Assembly: GCF_028368995.1 (NCBI RefSeq)
Contig: NZ_JAQNDL010000001.1
Coordinates: 2,400,001-2,464,000 of the forward strand
From: Nannocystis bainbridge
Lineage (GTDB): Bacteria > Myxococcota_A > Polyangia > Nannocystales > Nannocystaceae
DNA length: 64,000 nt
Reading direction: 5' to 3'
Part shown: piece by piece, positions 30,997 through 40,680 of the stretch
Layout: each line of letters begins with the position of its first letter
Position numbering within the stretch: position 1 is the first letter of the stretch
Translations under genes and position numbers: made by a program
The notes under the pieces: generated by a model
Seen by the model: the letters and a program-made list of their open reading frames with translations, nothing else
Told to the model about the DNA's origin: nothing
Databases searched by the model: none

Positions 30997-31026
30997 TTGA
31001 CGCCGTCCCGAGGGATCGAGTACACA
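30997..31026 (+). promoter_or_regulatory. Possible sigma70-type promoter for tRNA-Asn
   Basis: TTGACG-N18-TACACA about 30 bp upstream of the tRNA. Confidence 0.4.
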
Positions 31027-31057
31027 CGCTCGCCCCGGGCCCCCAAGTCCGGGTCAT

Positions 31058-31130
31058 TCCGACATAGCTCAGTCGGTAGAGCAGCGGACTGTTAATCCGC
31101 GGGTCGTAGGTTCGAGTCCTACTGTCGGAG
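31058..31130 (+). tRNA. tRNA-Asn(GTT), CCA not encoded
   Basis: TCCGACATAGCTCAGTCGGTAGAGCAGCGGACTGTTAATCCGCGGGTCGTAGGTTCGAGTCCTACTGTCGGAG; anticodon GTT. Confidence 0.97.
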
Positions 31131-31136
31131 CCCAGC

Positions 31137-31175
31137 AAAACCCCTCCAGCGCGCGCGCCGGAGGGGTTTTTCCTT
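31137..31175 (+). terminator. Rho-independent terminator, probably bidirectional
   Basis: AAAACCCCTCC...GGAGGGGTTTT followed by a T-rich tail; between tRNA-Asn and a convergent CDS. Confidence 0.88.
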
Positions 31176-31195
31176 TGGGTCGCGCGGGCGACGGG

Positions 31196-32500
31196 TCAGC
31201 GCCGGCGCCGGCGCGCGAGCCCGAGGAGGCCGACCAGCGACATGGCCCACAGGCCAGGCCCGCCCTGCCCCGCCGCGCAGGCGCAGCCCTCGGCCGCGCC
31301 CTCGTCACCGCCGACCGCGGGCAACGCCTCGTCCGGGGTCGCGGTGACGACCTTGTCGTGGACCCGCGGGTTGCCGAACGCGTCGTAGGCGACGAGCACG
31401 AAGTTGTAGGTCTTGCCGTTCTCGAGCCCCGCGATGGCCACGCTTTCGCTGCTGAACGGGATGTGATCGCTGCACACGTGGTCCCAGTCGAGCGCGTGCA
31501 GGCCGGCGCTGACCCGCAGCCCGCAGCCCGCGTCGCACAGGCCCGCGGGGCCGTTGTCGTCGCCGTCGTCGCAGGCCTCGCCGGCCTCGACCACGCCGTT
31601 GCCGCAGACGCCCGGGTCCTCGACGCCCTGCCCGGCGATCTTCACGGTCGAGAACGGCTCGGCGCCGCACAGGTTGCCGGCGGTGAAGTAGTGGGTGCCG
31701 CTCGGGAGATCGAGCAGGTCGGGCGTCGCCTTGTCGAGGCCGAGCGAGGCGCCGCTGTCCGCCTCCTCGCACAGGACGCGGAAGCCCGCGATGTCGCCGG
31801 CGCCCGGCACTTCCCAGTGGAGCTCGACGCCGCCGCTGCCCGGCTCGGCGGTGAGGCCTGTGACCTTCATCAGCGGCGGCGAGAAGTCGTACGCCAGCGT
31901 CGGAATGTCGGACAGCTTGGAGAGCGCGTTGTCCGGCCCGTAGAAGAAGTCCTGCGCTTGGCACCCCGCGATGGCGTTCTCGTTGGGCGAGCACAGCCAC
32001 AGCCCGGCCTCGCCCTGGACGTCGCCGCAACCTTCGCCGAGGATCGTCTCGGGCGCGCCGACATCACGCGTCGGCGCCGCCGGATCGACGCCGAACGGCA
32101 AAAAGGCCGGGTGGAACGCGCCGGAAATGCCCTTGATGTATTCCGCGCCGAGCAGCTGGGCCAGCACGCCGCAGCGGAGGAATTGACCGGCGAGGCTGGT
32201 CTCGGCGGTCGGGCATTGCGTGCCGATGTAGGCCTGGATCCGGCTGGCGGTGTCGAGCATCGCGTTCGCCTTGGCCTTGACCTCGATACCGACGCGTTGC
32301 CCGCACTCGCAGCGGGCGCGGTTGCTGAAGTACCTGAAGTCGCGCTCGACCATCGGCCGCACGAACTCGCCGCTCTCGTCGGTCACATAGTACGTCACCG
32401 AGAAATCGCCCGGATCGGGCAACGCGGCGCGGGCAGTCCCGGCGAAGCCGAAGGTCGCAAGCAGCGCAGCATAGACATAGCGTGTCGAGATATCGGGCAT
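31196..32500 (-). CDS. Secreted Cys-rich surface protein with myxobacterial Cys-rich (DUF4215-type) repeat, FnIII-like segment and MYXO-CTERM
   Basis: Signal peptide, CGNGVVEAGEACDDG, GLENGKTYNFVLVAYD and C-terminal GCAC...LLGLARRRRR. Confidence 0.8.
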   Translation of the reverse strand: MPDISTRYVYAALLATFGFAGTARAALPDPGDFSVTYYVTDESGEFVRPMVERDFRYFSNRARCECGQRVGIEVKAKANAMLDTASRIQAYIGTQCPTAETSLAGQFLRCGVLAQLLGAEYIKGISGAFHPAFLPFGVDPAAPTRDVGAPETILGEGCGDVQGEAGLWLCSPNENAIAGCQAQDFFYGPDNALSKLSDIPTLAYDFSPPLMKVTGLTAEPGSGGVELHWEVPGAGDIAGFRVLCEEADSGASLGLDKATPDLLDLPSGTHYFTAGNLCGAEPFSTVKIAGQGVEDPGVCGNGVVEAGEACDDGDDNGPAGLCDAGCGLRVSAGLHALDWDHVCSDHIPFSSESVAIAGLENGKTYNFVLVAYDAFGNPRVHDKVVTATPDEALPAVGGDEGAAEGCACAAGQGGPGLWAMSLVGLLGLARRRRR

Positions 32501-32645
32501 GTCGATCGAACCTGGCTCGCGTCGAGGTTGTTCCGCCGATGATCACGGCGTCAAGGGCATCACCATCCCGGTATAGCGCCAATCCGCCGCGAGCCTCTCG
32601 ATCTGTGAAGGGCGCGACCTGTTCAATTGCCAGGCGCCGAGAAAT

Positions 32646-33116
32646 TCATGAGCAGGCCGATCCACGAGGGCCCTCGGCCCGCGGCAGCTGGACCACCCGC
32701 GTCCCCCCGGCGAACGCGTCGTGATTGCCCTGGCGCTGCGGGCTGCGGGCGATCGCCCTGGCGATCACGATCCACGCGGCGAGCGCGAGCAGCGGGCCGA
32801 CGAACGGGACCGAGCCGACCAGCGTGAACGCCTCGCGCCACAGCGACTGGCGCAACGTCGGCCGCCCGCCGGCGGGCCCGAGCACGCGCAGCCGCAGCGC
32901 CAGCTTGCCGGGTGTCGCGCCCAGCCCGGCGTCGAACAGGCTGAAGTAGAAGAACACGAAAGCCGAGCCGACCAGCAACCAGTCGAAGCCGTAGCCCATC
33001 ACCTGCCCGAGGCCGACTTCGACGGCGGCGAGGATCAGGACATCGAGCCCGCGGGCCAGCAGGCGCACCGGGAACTCGGCGGGGGTCGGAGCAGAAGTGG
33101 ACGATGCGACGGTCAT
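32646..33116 (-). CDS. RDD family membrane protein
   Basis: RLLARGLD, TPGKLALRLRV and RQGNHDAFAGGTRVV motifs; GGAGG RBS. Confidence 0.88.
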   Translation of the reverse strand: MTVASSTSAPTPAEFPVRLLARGLDVLILAAVEVGLGQVMGYGFDWLLVGSAFVFFYFSLFDAGLGATPGKLALRLRVLGPAGGRPTLRQSLWREAFTLVGSVPFVGPLLALAAWIVIARAIARSPQRQGNHDAFAGGTRVVQLPRAEGPRGSACS

Positions 33117-33182
33117 GGCAGAGCCTCCGCGTGATGGACCGCGGCGGCCGGCGCGACTCATCGGTCGCCACGGCAAAAATCG

Positions 33183-34415
33183 TCACTCGAAAGGCGCCAC
33201 CGCCCGCACCTCGAAGTCGGCGTCGATCCGGACCGCGAACTCGCAGCGGGCCTCCGACTCGCGCAGGATCACGATCGCGTGCTCGCCTCGCGCGTGGGCC
33301 GTGAACGACCACAGCCCGTCCGGCAGGTCGACCAGCGCCCGCTCCTCCGCGCGGCCGAGCTCGACCAGCGGGGCCAGGCGCGCCGTCAGGCCCGACTCCG
33401 CCAGTGACAGCGCGAGCACGCGGTCCCCCAGCGGCAGCACCGTGAAGTCGAGGTAGTCGCTGGCCGGCAGCGGCGGGTGCCGCTCGACCCGCGCCGTGCC
33501 CTCGGGGCGGGTCGTCAGCTCGACGATGTCGCGCGAACCTGTCCCCGAGAACATGTTGTCGTCCTTCCACAGCACGCGGCCGGCCCCGCGGGAGAAGGCG
33601 ACACGCGTGTCGAGGCTGTCGAGGTTGTGCAGCGCCAGCGGCGACCACTGACCGGCGCGGCAGAACGCGGTCGCCACCTGCGGCGTCTCGGGCCCGTGGG
33701 AGATCTCGATCGCCAGGAACGACGCCTCGCCGTGCGTGCGCAGGTGGAACTGACACGGATACACGCCGGGCGAAGTCGCCGGCACCAGGCCGAGCTCGAC
33801 GCGCGGGCCGACCCCCGCGGCGCCGACCCGACGGGCGAACATCCGCAGCACCGTGGCCTCGGCGATGGCGCCGAACAACCACCCGCCGCGGATCGTGCCG
33901 GTCTCGGCCAGCGCGCGCCGCTCCACCCGCCCGCTCGGGTGTGCGATCACCAGCTGCGACGCGTTGCGCCAGCTCTCGGTCTCGAGCGCCAGCACCGCCC
34001 CATCGGCGAGCGCGTAGCCGGTGACCGTGCGACCGAGCGCCCACGGCATGCGCCGCTGACCCGACAGCGGCATCAGCCGCGTCGATCGCCCCAGCGGCTC
34101 GCGGATCCGCAGCCACAGCGGGCTGTTCGGCTCGCCCGCCAGGATCTCCGCCTCCTCGGCCAGACCGGCGCTGTGCAGCGCATCGGCCTCGTCGGCCTCG
34201 GCGAAGCCGACCTCGGGGACCACCGTCACGCGCACACGGGGCTCGCCGGCGGCGCTCCCGGCGAACTCACACAACAGCTGACGGTCCGGGTCGAAGCACA
34301 CCAGCTCGGCCGCCGGCTCGTGGTTGCGCAGCCACGCCGGCTCGCAATCGCGGACGAACGGCACGACGACCGCGCCGGTGCCAGCGACGCGGGGGCAGTC
34401 GGCTGGCGCGCGCAT
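33183..34415 (-). CDS. Hypothetical protein
   Basis: Long ORF filling the gap with plausible codon usage; no recognised motif; start uncertain. Confidence 0.5.
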   Translation of the reverse strand: MRAPADCPRVAGTGAVVVPFVRDCEPAWLRNHEPAAELVCFDPDRQLLCEFAGSAAGEPRVRVTVVPEVGFAEADEADALHSAGLAEEAEILAGEPNSPLWLRIREPLGRSTRLMPLSGQRRMPWALGRTVTGYALADGAVLALETESWRNASQLVIAHPSGRVERRALAETGTIRGGWLFGAIAEATVLRMFARRVGAAGVGPRVELGLVPATSPGVYPCQFHLRTHGEASFLAIEISHGPETPQVATAFCRAGQWSPLALHNLDSLDTRVAFSRGAGRVLWKDDNMFSGTGSRDIVELTTRPEGTARVERHPPLPASDYLDFTVLPLGDRVLALSLAESGLTARLAPLVELGRAEERALVDLPDGLWSFTAHARGEHAIVILRESEARCEFAVRIDADFEVRAVAPFE

Positions 34416-34554
34416 CTGGGCTGACGCTAGCGCGAGCCTCCCGCTCTCGTCGAGGGTTCGTGGATTGTCGACAGCAGCGCAACAATACGTTGCTCCGGCC
34501 CCGGCTTGTCCGGGCCCGCGCGGGGTAACATACCAGGCGGTCAGGAGCCCCTGC

Positions 34555-35334
34555 ATGCCCACCACGCCCGTCCTGTTCGTCGGCCACGGTTCACCGATGA
34601 ACGTCATCCTCGACAATGCCTGGACGCGGTCGTTCAAGGATCTCGGAGCGGCGTTGCCGACGCCGCGGGCCATCCTCGCCATCTCGGCGCACTGGTACAC
34701 GCGCGGCACCTTCGTGACCGCCGGCGGCGACCCGCCGACGATCCACGACTTCGGCAATTTCCCCCGCCGGCTGTTCGAGATCCAGTACCCGGCCCGCGGC
34801 CACGACGAGCTCGCGCGCCGGGTCTGCGAGCTGCTGGTCGGCGACAAGGCCGCGCCGCGCAGCGACTGGGGCCTCGATCACGGGACCTGGTCCGTCCTGC
34901 ACCACATGTACCCGCGCGCCGACGTGCCGGTGGTGCAGCTCAGCATCGACCACCGGCGGCCGCCGGCCGAGCACCTGGCGATCGGTCGCGCGCTCGCGCC
35001 CCTGCGCGAGGAGGGCGTCCTGATCCTCGCCAGCGGCAACATCACGCACAACCTGCGCGCCGCCATGCAGTGGGCGCAGAGCGGCGACGGCACGCAGCAG
35101 GAGTGGGCCCTGCAATTCGACGCCGACGTGGCCCGGGCGGTCGAGCAGCATGACCACGAGTTCCTCGCCCGCGCCCCCGAGAGCCCGCTCGGGCGCCAGA
35201 ACCACCCGAGCCTCGACCACTACTTGCCGCTGCTCTACGCCGTCGGGGCCGCGCACGAGACCGAGGCCCCGCGGTTCTTCAACCCCGGCTTCGACCTCGG
35301 CTCGATCTCGATGCGCGGCGCCGTGTTCGGCTAG
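34555..35334 (+). CDS. ygiD: 4,5-DOPA extradiol dioxygenase (LigB/YgiD family)
   Basis: LFVGHGSPMN, ISAHW, TIHDFG, WGLDHGTW, ASGNITHNL and HP..DHYLPL motifs. Confidence 0.92.
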   Translation: MPTTPVLFVGHGSPMNVILDNAWTRSFKDLGAALPTPRAILAISAHWYTRGTFVTAGGDPPTIHDFGNFPRRLFEIQYPARGHDELARRVCELLVGDKAAPRSDWGLDHGTWSVLHHMYPRADVPVVQLSIDHRRPPAEHLAIGRALAPLREEGVLILASGNITHNLRAAMQWAQSGDGTQQEWALQFDADVARAVEQHDHEFLARAPESPLGRQNHPSLDHYLPLLYAVGAAHETEAPRFFNPGFDLGSISMRGAVFG

Positions 35335-37277
35335 TCGACCCGCGCCACCTCGAGGCAGGCCGCCCGCGCGCGCTCGCGGCTGACCACGCGCTCGCGGATC
35401 GACGCCTCCACCATCGCCGCGATCCGGGTCCGCTGGGCTGGGTCGCGCGGCAGCGGCAGCACCAGCTCGCCGACGCGGTCGCCGAGCGAGTCGATGATGT
35501 CCTGCGTGAACCGCTTGGCCTCGATCTGCTTGCGCACCGGCTCCGAGCCGAGCATCGCCAGCAGCAGGTACGGCGACAGCAGCTCGGGCCGGCGCACGCG
35601 CAGCTTCAGCAGGTGGCTCTGGAACACGATGCGCGTGTCGTGCTCGGTGATGAACGCACACGTGCCGATCAGGTACGTGCCGTCGCGGACCATCAGGATG
35701 TCGCCCGCGCGCACGTCCTGCTTGGCGCGCAGCGACTCGTAGACCGCCTCGCCGACGCAGTGCTTGGGGTCGAGCTTGAGCTCCCAGTTGGAGAGATCGG
35801 AGGTGCGCACGAACGGCACGTCGCCGCCGCCGTACGCCAGCTTGCCGACCTCGTGCCCGCTGGTGATGCCGAGGATCCCGTCGTCGATCAGCTGCTGAAT
35901 CGACACCAGCTCGTGCGTGCGCTGCAGCCGGGCCAGGGTGGCCGCGACCCGCGGGTCGTAGTAGCGCGGGGCCAGCACGTTGCCGCGCACGGCCTCGGGC
36001 GCGACCGCGTGGCCGAGGCGGCTGGCCGCGGGCGGGCTGCCGGCCTCGTGCTGGCGGAACCGGTCGCCGATCTCCGGCAGCTCGTCGCGGGCGATGCTGC
36101 GGCCGCGGCTGTCCTTGCCGCACCACGCCGCCTCGGCCATGAAGATCGCCGGCCGCTCGCTCGCCGGCGCCGGCTCGCGGCGGGTCAGCAGCACCAGGCA
36201 CACCTTGGTGTGCGTGCCGCCCTTGCCCGACGTCTTGAACAGCTCCTCGGGCATGCCGATGACCGCCCGCAGATCTGCCTGTTCGAACATGTACTGAACG
36301 ACATGTCGATACGACTTGCCGGAGATCAGGCTCTCGGGCAGCACCAGGCCGACGCGGCCGCCGGGGCGGGCCAGCGCCAGCAGACGCTCGACGAACAGCA
36401 CCTGCGGCGAGACCCCGCGCTGCAGCCGGGGCGTGCGCTCCCAGCGATCGTCGGCGCCGCGCCGCCACGCGTGGCCGAGCGCGAACGTCTGCTGGACCTC
36501 GGTCGACGCCGCCACGATCTTGGCCCCGAACGGCGGGTTGGCGAGCACGACGTCGAACCCGCGCTGCTCGCACGCGATAGGTCCGCCGTCTTCGCCCTGC
36601 CAGGCCAGCGTGTCGCCGCAGTAGACCCGCGCCGGCGCCATCGTCACCAGCCCGACGTGCGCGCGCGCCAGCCCGGCCAGGTAGCGGTCCTTGTCGATCC
36701 CGACCACGCTGCGCGCCACCTCGGCCGGCGCGCCGCCGCGGGCCACCAGCCGCCGCGCCGTGTGGCTGAGGAACCCGCCGGCGCCGCAGGCCGGGTCGAT
36801 CACCCGCTCGCCGGGGCGCGGATCGACCAGGTCGACCAGCATGCGCACCGCCGTCTGCGGGGTGAAGAACTGGCCCTCGACCCCGCGCGTCGCCGACGCG
36901 GTGAACACCTCGTAGGCGTCGCCGATCGGGTCGCAGCGCGGGTCGTCGAGGTCGAGCCCGCGCAGCTCGCGGTCGACCTCGTGCAGCGTCGCCGCGTCGA
37001 GCCCGATCTGCGCGTCGGCGGCGAACACCTCGGGCATGAGCGCCTGCAGCCGCGCGAGCTGGGCCCGGTAGAACCCCAGCAGCGCGCCCGCCTCGCCCGG
37101 CGCCGCGTCGCCGCTGCGGACCGTCAGCGTCCGGCAGAACACGCAGCGCAGCACCTCGTCGAGCAGCGCCGCGTCGCGGGTCGCGCCGACCAACCGGCCG
37201 GCCAGGAAGTTGCGCAGCCGGCCGAACATGGCCCTGGTCTCAGGGACCTGCGTCGAAGGACATGTCTCTTCAAACAT
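35331..37277 (-). CDS. N6-adenine DNA methyltransferase (HsdM-like) fused to one HsdS-like target-recognition domain; no restriction subunit nearby
   Basis: GQFFTP, DPACGAGGF (SAM binding) and NPPF (catalytic); C-terminal VPFVRTSDL...GDILM.RDGT..IG...LVLPLP is TRD-like; start at 37277 or 37229. Confidence 0.85.
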   Translation of the reverse strand: MFEETCPSTQVPETRAMFGRLRNFLAGRLVGATRDAALLDEVLRCVFCRTLTVRSGDAAPGEAGALLGFYRAQLARLQALMPEVFAADAQIGLDAATLHEVDRELRGLDLDDPRCDPIGDAYEVFTASATRGVEGQFFTPQTAVRMLVDLVDPRPGERVIDPACGAGGFLSHTARRLVARGGAPAEVARSVVGIDKDRYLAGLARAHVGLVTMAPARVYCGDTLAWQGEDGGPIACEQRGFDVVLANPPFGAKIVAASTEVQQTFALGHAWRRGADDRWERTPRLQRGVSPQVLFVERLLALARPGGRVGLVLPESLISGKSYRHVVQYMFEQADLRAVIGMPEELFKTSGKGGTHTKVCLVLLTRREPAPASERPAIFMAEAAWCGKDSRGRSIARDELPEIGDRFRQHEAGSPPAASRLGHAVAPEAVRGNVLAPRYYDPRVAATLARLQRTHELVSIQQLIDDGILGITSGHEVGKLAYGGGDVPFVRTSDLSNWELKLDPKHCVGEAVYESLRAKQDVRAGDILMVRDGTYLIGTCAFITEHDTRIVFQSHLLKLRVRRPELLSPYLLLAMLGSEPVRKQIEAKRFTQDIIDSLGDRVGELVLPLPRDPAQRTRIAAMVEASIRERVVSRERARAACLEVARVD

Positions 37278-37445
37278 GTGCTTTCAGTCATCCCCGCCGC
37301 AGCAGCTCGAACCCGACCTCGCGCCCCTGCCCGCCGAGGAGCCGGCGGCGACCAGGCGGCGGGCGATGGCAGAATCGTGCGACGACATGGCGCGCAGCCT
37401 ACCGCGAAAGCATCGGCCGCGCGAGTCCCGCAGCCGGGCCCGAAC

Positions 37446-38285
37446 CTACTGACAGGTCAGCGGCGCGCCGTCGAAGACCGTCATGGTGCAGGTCGAGTCG
37501 GCCGCGCAGCCGCAGATCCCCGCGTAACAGGTGTCCACATTCTGTCCGCCCGCGCAGTCGCTGTCGACCGCGCAGCCGCAGCGGCCGGCCACGCACTGCA
37601 CATACCCGGGCAGCCCCGAATCGACGCAGTCCTGATCGATCTGGCACACGCACGCGCCCGACGGCACGTCGCACGCCGGGTGCCCCGTCTGCGGCACGCA
37701 GCCCTCGTCGCCCGTGCACGGGCTCTGGCACGCCCCCGCCTCGCAGCTGGCCGCCGCCTGCCCGCACACCAGCACCTCGCGCTCGCCCGCGAACAGCGGC
37801 AACATCTGCTCGACCAGCCCGAAATCGGCGCACGCGAAGGTGCCCGGGGTCAGCGCGCAGCGGCCCGCGTCGGCCACCAGCACGCACGCCTCCTCGGGCG
37901 CGCACTCGCCCGGGCCCGCGCACGGCGTCTTCCACCCCGACAGCTCGGCCAGGCACTGCGCGTCGCTGGTGCACGGCGGGAACAGGCACAGCCCGTCGAT
38001 GCAGCGGAACCCGAGGTCGCTGCCGCCGATCCGGCAGTCACGATCGCTCTCGCACTGCGACTGGCAGCGCTTGGCCTCGGGCCCCGCAGTGGTCGGCTCG
38101 CCCGTGCTGCCGGTCGTCGTCGCGCTCGTCGTCGAAGTGCTCGTCGCCGGCTCGCCGGTGGTCGGCGTCGCCGTCGACGACGACGTGGTCTGCGGCTCGC
38201 TGGCCGTCCCGGCGCCTGTCGGCGGGCACGCGGACAGGAGCCCCGCCGCGAGCCCCAGAGTTCGGATCTTGCCAGTCAACACCAT
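37446..38285 (-). CDS. Cys-rich lipoprotein with a Thr/Ser linker and repeated C-x-x-D-x-D-C modules
   Basis: Lipobox LSAC, Thr-rich spacer, and modules CESDRDC, CTSDAQC, CTGDEGC, CQIDQDC, CAVDSDC and CAADSTC. Confidence 0.8.
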   Translation of the reverse strand: MVLTGKIRTLGLAAGLLSACPPTGAGTASEPQTTSSSTATPTTGEPATSTSTTSATTTGSTGEPTTAGPEAKRCQSQCESDRDCRIGGSDLGFRCIDGLCLFPPCTSDAQCLAELSGWKTPCAGPGECAPEEACVLVADAGRCALTPGTFACADFGLVEQMLPLFAGEREVLVCGQAAASCEAGACQSPCTGDEGCVPQTGHPACDVPSGACVCQIDQDCVDSGLPGYVQCVAGRCGCAVDSDCAGGQNVDTCYAGICGCAADSTCTMTVFDGAPLTCQ

Positions 38286-38367
38286 GCTGCGCGACGGTAG
38301 CGCATTTTCGCCCGTGGGCGAAGAATCCCGCGCATGCGGACCGCGAGAAGTGGCACCATCGGCCGCG

Positions 38368-39015
38368 ATGGAGCGCGGTGGCCAGGTCTCGTGCCCGCAG
38401 TGCGGGGCTCCGGCCCCGTTTCGCGGCACGGCCGTCTCGCTGGTGTGCGAGCACTGCGGCAGCACCGTCGTCCGCACCGGCGTCGACGTGCGCCTGCTCG
38501 GCCGCGTCTCCTCCGTGATCGACGACGGCAGCCCGCTGCTGCTCGGCGGCAAGGGCAGCTTCGCCGGCCGCGGCTTCGAGATCGTCGGCCGCCTGCAGCT
38601 CCGCTACGCCCGCGGCGCCTGGAGCGAGTGGTACCTGCAGTTCGCCGACGGCGTCGGCTGGCTGGCCGACTTCCAGGGCAACTTCGCCATCACCGTGCCC
38701 GCCGCCGGCGCCGATTTCCCTGGCTTTTACGACATGTCCGTGGGGACATGGCATGAAGTACATGGCGCGAAGTACATGCTCGTCGACCGCCGGGCCGCCC
38801 GCTACCAGGGCGCCGAGGGCTGCCTGCCGTTCGTCGCCGAGCCCGGCCTGACCTTCTTCGCCCTCGACCTCGCCGGCCCCGACGATCAGTTCGTCAGCCT
38901 CGACTACGGCGTCGACCCCCACAACAAGCGCCCCGCCGTTTACCTCGGCCGCGCCGTCCTGCTGGCCGAGCTCGGGCTCGACCGCCTGCGCCGCTTCGAG
39001 GGCTGGCATGACTGA
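38368..39015 (+). CDS. DUF4178 protein with N-terminal Zn ribbon
   Basis: CPQCGA..CEHCGS, G.WSEWYL and GAEG.LPF motifs. Confidence 0.8.
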   Translation: MERGGQVSCPQCGAPAPFRGTAVSLVCEHCGSTVVRTGVDVRLLGRVSSVIDDGSPLLLGGKGSFAGRGFEIVGRLQLRYARGAWSEWYLQFADGVGWLADFQGNFAITVPAAGADFPGFYDMSVGTWHEVHGAKYMLVDRRAARYQGAEGCLPFVAEPGLTFFALDLAGPDDQFVSLDYGVDPHNKRPAVYLGRAVLLAELGLDRLRRFEGWHD

Positions 39016-40393
39016 AGCGACCCCCGACGTCACCCCGCGGCGCGCCGAGGCCACTCCGCAGCGGCTGTTCCGCGACGAGGCCCGCACCGAGGCCGTGCAG
39101 TGCGTGGCCTGCGGCGGCCCGCTCGCGCTGCGCGGCTTCGGGGCGATCCAGCGGGTCGTCTGCCCCGCCTGCGGCAGCACCCTGCGACCCGAGGACAGCG
39201 GCGCGCTGGCGCTGATCGACCGGGCCGCCCGCGCCCACCAGCCGTCGACGCTGCCGCTGCACGCCCGCGGCCGGCTCGACGGCGCCACCTGGGAGATCGT
39301 CGGCATCTGCTGGCGCACCGTCCTCAGCCCGCCGTGGCCGTGGCAGGAGTTCCTGCTCTACAACCCCTACCGCGGCTACCGCTACCTGGCCTGGTCGGAG
39401 CGCGACGGCCACTGGTCTTTGGGACAGGTCATCCCCGGCGCGCCGCAGATCGTCGGCGGCAAGCGCCACGTCATCGCCTACCGCGGCCGCCGCTACCGCC
39501 ACTTCGCCGGCGCCGACGCCCACGTGACCTACGCCGAGGGCGAGTTCCCGTGGCAGGTCCAGGTCGGCGACGCCGCCCACGTCGACGACTTCGTGGCCCC
39601 GCCGCACGGCATCTCGATCGAGGAGGTCGTGGCCGCCGACGGCGTCGAGCTGACCCGCACGGCCACGCGTCACCTCGACGCCGACGCGGTCTGGCGCGCC
39701 TTCGACCGCCCGGGCAAGCCGCCCAAACCGAAGGGCGTCGGCATGCTCGCGCCCAACCGCTGGCGCGAGCAGGCGCGCTCGCTGTGGCTGTCGTGCCTGG
39801 TCTTCGCGCTCGCCTGGTACGCCGCGGTCCAGCTGGTGGCCGGCCGCGCCAGCGAGCGCGAGGTGTTCCTCGCCACCGACCTGGGGTTCGACGCCGTGCT
39901 CTCGCAGGAGATCACGATCGGCGAGCCGGGCGGCCACACCACCGTCGAGGTCTCGTTCTCCGCCTACCCGCTCGACAACTCGTGGGCGTTCGCCGAGGTG
40001 GTGCTGATCCCGCTCGAGAGCGAGGAGGCGATCGGCCTCGGCCTCGAGGTCAGCAGCTACAGCGGCTTCGAGGACGGCGAGTCGTGGACCGAGAGCGAGC
40101 GCCAGGCCGACCAGGTCCTCGGCCGCGTGCCCGGCGGCCGCTACCTGCTGCAGGTCACCCCCGAGCGCGACACCAGCGCGCTGACCGGCAGCGACCCGCT
40201 CGGCATCCACCTCGGCGGCCCGTTCGGGGTCCGCAGCCCCGACACCTGGGCCCTCCGCGTGCGCGAGGACGTGTTCCTGACCCGCTACGCCGTGCTCCCG
40301 CTCCCCATCATCCTCGGCTTCCCGCTGCTCGCCTGGCTGCTCGGGCGCCGGCGCGAGCGCAAGCGCTGGGCCAACAGCGACTACCCGCTCTGA
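39008..40393 (+). CDS. DUF4178 membrane protein with Zn ribbon
   Basis: CVACGG..CPACGS, WQEFLLYNPYRGYRYL and YAEGEFPWQV; two TM helices; ends ERKRWANSDY. Confidence 0.82.
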   Translation: MTEATPDVTPRRAEATPQRLFRDEARTEAVQCVACGGPLALRGFGAIQRVVCPACGSTLRPEDSGALALIDRAARAHQPSTLPLHARGRLDGATWEIVGICWRTVLSPPWPWQEFLLYNPYRGYRYLAWSERDGHWSLGQVIPGAPQIVGGKRHVIAYRGRRYRHFAGADAHVTYAEGEFPWQVQVGDAAHVDDFVAPPHGISIEEVVAADGVELTRTATRHLDADAVWRAFDRPGKPPKPKGVGMLAPNRWREQARSLWLSCLVFALAWYAAVQLVAGRASEREVFLATDLGFDAVLSQEITIGEPGGHTTVEVSFSAYPLDNSWAFAEVVLIPLESEEAIGLGLEVSSYSGFEDGESWTESERQADQVLGRVPGGRYLLQVTPERDTSALTGSDPLGIHLGGPFGVRSPDTWALRVREDVFLTRYAVLPLPIILGFPLLAWLLGRRRERKRWANSDYPL

Positions 40394-40493
40394 GCCGCTC
40401 TCGCGCCGCCCGCATCATCCACTGACTCTTCGGACATGTCTTATCGAACATGACCTCTCCGACATGCCCTGATCGCCCTCCCCTGCCCTGACC

Positions 40494-40679
40494 ATGTTCC
40501 GCAAGATCTACTGGACCTGCTCCGTCGCCGCCCTGCTGCTCCTGCTGCTCGGGGCGCGTTCGGGCTTCTTGCTGGCCGGCACGCCCGAGCGCGGCAAGGT
40601 CGAGCGCGACCCTGACGGCACCGTGCGCGGGCGGGCCGCCTTCGTCTGGCTCGGCGGCGGCTACCACGGCGGCAAGTGA
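40494..40679 (+). CDS. Small membrane protein ending GGGYHGGK
   Basis: 61 aa with one TM helix; abuts the spermidine-synthase start, and similar small genes occur in such clusters (recalled, not searched). Confidence 0.7.
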   Translation: MFRKIYWTCSVAALLLLLLGARSGFLLAGTPERGKVERDPDGTVRGRAAFVWLGGGYHGGK

Positions 40680-40680
40680 C

